Below, piece by piece: positions 56,027-64,000 of a stretch of 64,000 nucleotides of DNA. Within the stretch, counting starts at the first letter, position 1. Each line of letters opens with the position of its first letter. The DNA is taken from assembly GCA_964016885.1 (NCBI GenBank), contig OZ024743.1, positions 352,532,001 to 352,596,000 of the forward strand, given 5' to 3'. The DNA is from Eledone cirrhosa (taxonomy: Eukaryota). Below the pieces are notes generated by a model. That model was not told the origin of the DNA. It did no database searches and saw only the letters and a list, made by a program, of their open reading frames with translations. Position numbers and translations under genes: made by a program.

Positions 56027-57494
56027 TAAAAATGTATACTCTCCTGTGTATTGAATACCTTACTTACTATGGTTACCTCTGATTAAACCCAGGATACACA
56101 CACATACATAATTATAGGGAAATACAAGTAAAAATACTGGGCTAACAAATGTTTTGGGCTCAGCACAAATTAAGACTCACTGCTCCAACGCCTTCAGAGA
56201 TATTTTGAAAAAATATCTATATTAGTTATATAAGGTGCATAACTCTTAAATAATAAATTTCAGTTATTCCCCTTGATTATCTGAAGCGTTATCATCGGAG
56301 TTGGTAAAAATATATCTTATTGAAATTTGTTTAATTATTGTTCTTTTATTTTAGTCATTAGACTGCGGCCATGCACGAGCACTGCTTAAAAAAGATTTAT
56401 TCGATCATATCGATCCCAGTGCTTTTCTCAAGAATGATCTTTTGTTAAACAGTAAAAAAAAAACAGTAAATGTAAACACATATATATACGATATGCTTAT
56501 ATACTGTTTCCATCTACCAAACTTCATTGATAGGCATTGGTTAACCAGAGGCTATAATAAGAGATACCCAAGGTATAGCATAATTAAACTAACCCCCAAC
56601 CTAGGCGGTTGTTAAGCGAACTCCTTAACCACACAGCAATGCATATGAGAGGGCTTCCACGTCATTAATGATTGGAGGAACATAATATCATTGAATTGCG
56701 ATAAACAAATTCTAACATAAAGCAATTTGTTGTCCAGGCATTTGAAATTGCTACACACTTATATAACACACCAACATCATCATCTAATATCCGTTAAATG
56801 ATGATGATGTATGTGTCTGTGTGAGTGCATATATACATACACGTAAATACACACACACCTACATAATAATTAATTAATGCAATGGTGAAAATGATAATGG
56901 CTGAACTTAAAGAAGCAAGGAATATACACACAACATAAGTGAGCAAAGTTTGAAACTGTCTTTAAAATGAACCCAAAATGGACATGTTTGGAAACTAGTC
57001 AAAAGTTAGACAAAAATATTTATAAATATAAAAACAATTACAAAAAGGGTCATTAAAAATTATGTAAAAGTGAGAAAGCGAATGTCTTCTTTAAAGCGCT
57101 CTACTGAACCCCGAAAGCTGGTAAGTAATATATGAAGTTTAAAGTTGCTCATGCAAATCATTTGGAAAGAAATCTTGGGAAGAACCAAGCTTAAAAAATT
57201 GTGAGTGCAATAGATAGAAAGAGAAATAAGATGTATATTTTTACCCCAAACAAATGGAATTCTATCCAGGTGAAAAATCCATTTCACATTGGGTGTGTCA
57301 ACTAGAGCAAACAGGTAAAGAATAGAAAAAATGCGAGCATAGCAAAAAGACATTGAATTGATGTTTAGAATTATACACAAGTAAATACACATTTACACAC
57401 ATGCTTACATACACATACACATATGACCATATTCAAACATGTGCGTTTGAATATGTGTATGTATGAATGTGTGTATGTGTGTATATATATATAT

Positions 57495-60095
57495 AATCAC
57501 CATCATCTTCATTTAACATCGGTTTTCCTTGCTAGCAACTGTTGGAGATGTCATCACAGACCACATGCATTTTATCATGACACTAAGACAAAAGAACACA
57601 TCATGTCCTGGGCATATCTTAAGAGTCTTCCTGACCCTTTCTTTGGCAGGTTTTCTACAGTTTGATGCCTTTCCTATCACCAACTACTTTACATAGGGTA
57701 CTGGGTACGTTTATCATGCAAATCACTAACACAATTGAGGTTGTGTCTTTGACACAACTATAGAGCCTTCCTGATTCTTTCTTTGAGATATTTTCTATGG
57801 CTGGGTGCCATTCCTATCACCAACCACTTTACAGAGTGTATTTGGTACATTTATCATGTAGACCACCAACACTTGAGAAGTTGCTGTTCCCCTGAAACAG
57901 CTAGAGTCCTCACACTTTTTGGCATGGTTTTTACAACAGGATGCCCTTCCTATTGCCACATACCTCATAGGGAGTACTGGGTGCATTTATTGTGGCACTG
58001 GCACTAGAGAGGTTGTCATTATTGATTCAACTGAAGAGCCCTTTCTTTCCTATGGGCAGGGGTGGGATGTATGTCATGGGCAGGTGCCACATGTGGAAAG
58101 ATTTAACAGGCTGAGGATGATGGATGAGAGGGGAGACCTCTGACAGTGTGGAAGGTACTGTGGTGATAACAGGTACAGGGGGAGGGAGTTGACCCAGGAT
58201 AGTGTGTGGATGGGTGTTAGGATTTAGGAGTGGAGGTGATCTTGCACAGAGTGTGAGTAGGGGTGCAGTAATAGCTAGGATAAGCTCAATGGGATGACAG
58301 TGGGGTTGGGTGATAGATGGAAGGGTCAGGTCAAGTTTCAAGTTAGTAGACACGTTCAGTTTCTTAAGGTCAGCCCTTACTCTTCCATCAGTTCCACCCC
58401 TTGAGATTTATCTGAACATTTTAAAACAGATGTTACCTTTCACATACATCACGTGTCCATACCAACACAGTCTTCTCTCTTGCACACTATATCCAACCCC
58501 TCTTATGCCAATTTTTTCTCTCAGTTCGCTTATGCTACATTGTTCATGCACACTAACATTGTACATTCACCAAAGCATACTTGCTTCATTTCTTTCTAGC
58601 CTTTCTCAAGTTTTCTGCAATTAAGGCCCATATTTCACTACACTGTAACATTGCAGTTTGCATGCAAGCATCATATAGTCAACTCATCACTCTCAGAGAG
58701 AAGCCCTTTGTTTTCAGCAAAGGTAACAGCTCTCTAAACTTCTTCCATCCTGTTCTTAAAGTGGCTGCCGTGCTTTCAGAGCATCTTCCCTTACTGCTGA
58801 TTAGGTCCCCTAGATAACAAAAGCTGTCAACAATTTCTAAGGAGCCTTTCTTGCAGGTGAGGCAATCAATTTCACATGTACTTTTAGTGCTTACTTCTCC
58901 TGTGAATCTGCCACATATAAAGTATATCTTTTCCATTAATTTGCCTGCAATCCCCCTGCATCTCCTGTCTGTCTACAGATTATACTGTGTACTTTGTCAT
59001 TTCTTTTCTGATCTTCAACGATTTGAGATCAGTTCTCATATCTTCCTTGGTCTTCCTTCCACTGGGATCTTTTGGCACTTCTTCATCCAGCAATCATATT
59101 CCATGCACATCACATGTCCAGCACAGTCTCCTCTCCTGCACAAATCTGATTGCTCTTATACTCAGTTTCTCTTTCAATTCACCTATGCTTTGTTGTTCAT
59201 GCACATTAAAAGATTGCACATCCATTGAAGCATGCTTGCTTCATTTCTCTCCAGCCTTTGCAGTCACTGTTGATGTTTCACTATGATGCAGCATTGCATA
59301 TCACACACAGACATCATACAGCCAACTTTTTGTTCATGGGAATAAAACCTTTTGCTGTCAACAAGGATACCACATTTCCCTTATTATAAGACAGGTCATA
59401 CATCATTTTTCCCTCAAAAAAAGGCAATGGGACTTATTTTCAGGGTAGGGCTTAGCACAAGAGTTTTGATAGAAGCATCATTATACTGATGTCAAATTAT
59501 ATAGTAGAGTTAAAAACAATTTCATTAAAAGAATTTATTATATTAGTAATTAGCAAGACTCTGGAAATCTGTATTTTATATTAATTTTTCTTTAAAAAAT
59601 GTACTAGAGCTTATTTTGGGGGTAGGGCTTATATTGGACAGCAACTTAAAAATCATGCTAGGGCTTATTTTTGGAGTAGGTCTTATAATAGGGGGAAACA
59701 TGATAGTAACTATCTAAACTTCTTCCAACCAGTTCTTATTCTAGTACAATGCTTTTGGAGAAGCCACCACCCTCTGCTAATTAGGTCACCTACACAGAAG
59801 CTATCAAATACTTCTACAGATCCTACCTGGGATTGAACATCTACTGCATACAAAGTCTCTTTTTCCTGTTAGTTTGCTACTATTCCACTACATCTCATGT
59901 GTACCCAAAATCTGCATTGTTTACATAGTATAAAGTTTCTAACTATACTTTTCTGCATATTAACCAAGACCATCTCCCTAATGGGATCAGAGCCATGTCT
60001 TCTTTTCTACTTATTAACACTTTAGTTTTTGCTAAGTTCACTCTCAGTCCTTTTGATTCTAGGTTCCGTTTCCACTGTTGGAATTTGTTCAGCTA
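57495..60095 (-). mobile_element. Old fragmented RTE copies and repeated SINE/LINE tail units
   Basis: [12 protein letters not shown] and [14 protein letters not shown] remnants; three degenerate tail repeats at 57650-58000. Confidence 0.75.
59370..59703. mobile_element. pogo-like MITE inserted in an RTE remnant
   Basis: TA-flanked TIRs catttcccttattataagac / gtcttataatagggggaaacatg; RTE resumes across it. Confidence 0.65.
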
Positions 60096-60691
60096 TGAGA
60101 GCCAAATCCATGGACAGCTAGTTCGGTCAGTTAGGACTAAGCTATTTTCTTCCCACTCATCAACCTTTCATAGTAGCATCTCCAGGCCTCTTTCGTTTGA
60201 GCATAAGTGATGCTAAGTGCATCGAACACACTTTTCCCTAACAACATCCTGATTCACACTTACACACTGCTTTGTGATGTGGAACATCTCTCGTCTTTGA
60301 TTATCACATAGTAAGACATTACTCCACACACATAAGAAAAACACTGTATTCTCATGATATATAAATATATCTATGTTCATATGTTTGGATGCTTTATCAA
60401 AATTTAGATGTAGTTAGATTGTTGTCACTCTTTAACCCTAGATTAACACTGATTGGGCAGATGTAAAATCTAAGGCATGGTGACTTTTTTTTTATACAAG
60501 ATATATCTAGGACTTCATTATACCCTCTTATGGAGATTTGGCTATTATTTCTAGCAAATCAAGGAACAACATAAAAGCTCTCTCAAGCAGAAATGTAGGC
60601 AAACAGGCATGTAAATCTAATCATCTTTATTTCATTTCCAAATGCTTGAAGAGTTCATGAGAAGTGCTTAGTTTTGGTTTGAAGTTATTAA

Positions 60692-60757
<66 letters not shown>

Positions 60758-61478
60758 TATTAACCATTCTGAGGGAGGCAATATTATTTTCATCACCAGG
60801 AACCTAATGTTAACAAGCAGCTGATGTGAACAATGAAGAATTAAGTGTACTGACCAAACCAAATCTGCAATGAAACCACCTTCAGTGGATTTAAACTGAA
60901 AAACTCATGCACTGATAATCAAACAGCTTATTCAATCAATTAATTAACCTCCTGGCATATGCATGTATAACAAAAAAAATGCAATTCTGGTAGGATTTGA
61001 TTGATTTTCATTGTTTAGTCTGTCATGTCTGGCATTTGTTTCTGTGCCATGACATTAAGTTAATGTAGCCAACTAAAATAAAAAATAGTTATGCACATAT
61101 GTCTATGTACATGAATATGTACATGAATATGTGTGTGTGTGTGTGTGCGTGCGTGTGCGTTATGTATTGCAAAGTCCTGTAACTCAACGTATTATTGCAT
61201 CATCACTAAGTAATTTGTTTTCACATACGCTGCTAAGGGGAGTTAACCTAGCAATGCCCATTATTGTCCAGATTCTGAACTGGATACCACAAGGAATGCG
61301 TGTAGTATGATAGTGCAACCAAGGACTGAATTCTATAAAGCACTAACATTAGATTTCAACACATGAATCACTGAGTTGATATTCCAGCACCTTTATCCAA
61401 TTAAACTTTACACATCATTGAGTCACATGCCATCATCATTATCATTTAACACCTGTGTTCTTAGCAAGGACTTAAGTC

Positions 61479-61518
<40 letters not shown>

Positions 61519-61783
61519 AATATCTGCAGTACAGAGACTGAAAAGACCACAAATCAGAGTAGTACTTAATAAATGGTAGTTATATTAGTGAGATAGAGGA
61601 TCGATCATGAGCTGAGGAGGTTCCAGCTAGTAACCTCTTTTATATATATATATACGTTTAAATTTGGTGGTTTACCACTGGATAGAATTAGTCATTCTAC
61701 AATGTTAACCATGATGTAATATGAGAAAAGCACTCAATGTTATGCAACTCATCCATCTTCGATGTTGAATATATGTTGAAAAT

Positions 61784-62014
61784 ATGTTGAATTTCCTTAA
61801 TTTTTTTATTTCTGCAAACACTATGCACATTTCAGTGGCCAGGTTGCATGTGACCTCATCAAGTGTAAATCATGTAATAGATGTATACCAACAGAATGAT
61901 GGTAAACTTTAAGGAATCAAGCAAAGAAAAAAACAGAGAGGAAAAAGTTTGTGTTTATGGTTACTGAAATGTGCATAGTGTTTTCAGAAATAAAAAATTA
62001 AGGAAATTCAACAT
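61784..62014. repeat. Fold-back element with degenerate hammerhead motif (61818-61866, -)
   Basis: Arms 61784-61840 / 61959-62014; ACAC-tTGATGA-ggtca..tggcc-act-GAAA-TGTGCA-TA-GTGT. Confidence 0.75.
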
Positions 62015-62375
62015 TTGGCCTCCTGTCACTTCCCTTTATAATCATATATAAAATCATCATTTTACGTCCGCTTTTCCCTGCTTGCAAGGGTGGGACGGGA
62101 ACTGATTCTGGCTTGATTTCTACATCTGGATGCCCTTCCTAACACCAACCTCATTTACAGTGTGGGCTGGGTGCTTTTTTGCTGTGGCACCTCCATGACC
62201 ACTTTACAGTGGAATGATATGGACCCCAGTCCCTATCATCTCATTTCTACAGCTGAGTAAACTGGAGCAATGTGAAATAAAGTGTCTTGCTCAAGGACAC
62301 AACACATCACCAGGTCTCAGAATTGAACTCTCAACCATTGCAAGGCCAATGCTCTAACCACTAAGCCATGTGTGC

Positions 62376-62415
<40 letters not shown>

Positions 62416-62491
62416 TTATTTTATTTTAAATCAGTTATTCCCTTGTCTTAAACAACAATTACATTACTCAATATATTGGATGAGATCGTGT

Positions 62492-62826
62492 AGACACAGT
62501 CCACGCTGTAATGTGGTCGTGTAGGCAACACGGTAAAAACCTCCCAGCCCCACACTGTAAATGTGGTTGGTGTTAGGAAGGGCATCCAGCTGTAGAAAAC
62601 CTGCCAGACAGTCCACGCTGTAATGTGGCCGTGTAGGCAACACGGTAAAAACCTCCCAGCCCCACACTGTAAATGTGGTTGGTGTTAGGAAGGGCATCCA
62701 GCTGTAGAAAACCCGCCAGATAGTCCTATGCGAGCAAGACAAACACTCTTGCCTCAAGTGGGAAAACCCCCGTCCAAACCCATGCAAGCGTGGAACACGG
62801 ACGTTAAACATTGATGATGATGATGA
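62492..62826 (+). mobile_element. RTE/SINE-type 3' tail with an internal ~112-bp tandem duplication
   Basis: Units start at 62497 and 62609; ends in ggacgttaaac..(tga)n. Confidence 0.8.
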
Positions 62827-63129
62827 TTGTGAAGAGTAAAAATATTAATTTTAATATTGTAGATGGATATTACTACATCTCCCTGACTTTAAGTATCATG
62901 CTAAATAGAGCTTTCTTCTGATAGGTGTAATTCAAGTAAACATTTTCTAGTAAATGGTGGTTATATTTAATTATTCCTTATCTGTGGTGGCATGTTATCA
63001 ATTTTTGCTTGGACGTGCTCATAGTGGAATGTCAAATAGAGGAAGATGTTGAATACTATGTTGATACATGCACATTTAGATCAACAGTAGAGTGCTATGC
63101 ATATAATTTGTTTCCATTGTTCAATTAAA

Positions 63130-63755
63130 AATAGCTAGTAGAAATTTGTTAATATCTTTGCATATGGTAAAATTTCAGACCTGCTATTTAAATAAACATT
63201 TGATGTTTTGAGTTTATTCAAAATAAACCTAAAATTCTGGAATATTAATATTAATAATCGTAAGACATTCAAAGTCAGTTACAGTTGCGCCATCAACATC
63301 AAAAATATTTTATTTAAATGACGTACTAGTTGTAAGGATGATATAAAAAGCACTTGCAAAAATAAAGAGTTATGGTCCCTTAAGTATGACTGCAATAGAA
63401 AAGCTGTTATATATTCTGCTAAAGTAAACTCAAATGTATAACAGTAATAATGGCAACTACAAAACACTACGCTTTTGGAAAACTTCAAAAGTTACTATTA
63501 CAACCACATTTCATCTTTTTGAAAAAAAAAAAAAAAAAAAAAAAGTCTAATGTCAACTGTTTTAAGCTATATATGGAAATTGAGAGACAAGGGAATAGCT
63601 GATTTTAATATCTATTGGGATATGAATGGAAAAAAACCCCACAGTAATGGTTCCAAAATTTATGTTACAACAATGTTTTTTAATTCTAGTAAACTCAAAA
63701 TTTCAAATGGTTACTTAAATAAGGAGTTTGAAATTATCATTAAATTCTTCTGAAC
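63130..63755 (+). mobile_element. Degenerate PLE endonuclease region (Naiad-like)
   Basis: NRKTFKVSYSC, C..KAVIYSAKV, FKSYYYNHISSF, LSYIWKLRDKG remnants. Confidence 0.65.
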
Positions 63756-63764
63756 TAAGTTTAA

Positions 63765-64000
63765 CTCTTTAGCATTTAAACCGGCTGTATCTGGCTAAAA
63801 TTCTCTCACCTCTTTCTGTTCATAACTGGCCACTCATACTAATGTTAAGGTATTGTTCTCAAAATAAATATCAAAATCTCATAGATTCGATATTATGTGA
63901 GGTAAAGCCTTTACCATGAAAATACAATAGTATATATAGGGTAGGCGGATAGAATGCTTTATGGTATTCGTTCCGACTCTCTGCTCTCTGAGTTCAAATC
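63765..64000. mobile_element. piggyBac-like MITE interrupted by a family-A SINE head at the window end
   Basis: TTAA-ctctttagcattt start; gagttcaaatc at the end. Confidence 0.7.

Noticed and set aside
57082-57330. Plus-strand ATG...CTG|gtaagt mini-exon and a following exon-like stretch
   Set aside because: Phases incompatible and no further support; may be a LINE relic
60668-60895. Minus-strand open frame after a ttttcag acceptor
   Set aside because: No clear donor; runs into (CT)n; no recognisable domain

Overview
AT-rich eukaryotic DNA, dense in microsatellites and transposons. The repeat content suggests a coleoid cephalopod such as Octopus, but that is inference. One host gene is visible on the minus strand as four phase-compatible coding exons (25452-25535, 12476-13687, 9460-9636, 4038-4204). 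They encode a Q/S/N-rich low-complexity C-terminus; no 5' exons were identified. The rest consists of RTE and R4/Dong-like LINE fragments, tRNA-derived SINEs, a defective Helitron with exact boundaries, two non-autonomous Helitrons, piggyBac-like and pogo-like MITEs, and Penelope-like element (PLE) remnants. The most striking unexplained signal is about 9-10 mostly sequence-unrelated fold-back (inverted-repeat) elements, many in or beside (TA)n tracts. Their arms carry minimal type-I hammerhead ribozyme motifs (CUGAUGA-stem II-GAAA-short stem III-NUH), often followed by AATAAA. One motif looks intact (32084-32124, minus), and in three palindromes the two arms carry complementary lesions. Also notable is an RTE insertion with twin-priming geometry and a 10-bp TSD. 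Most long ORFs in the supplied track are translations of microsatellites. All alignments and folds were done by eye.
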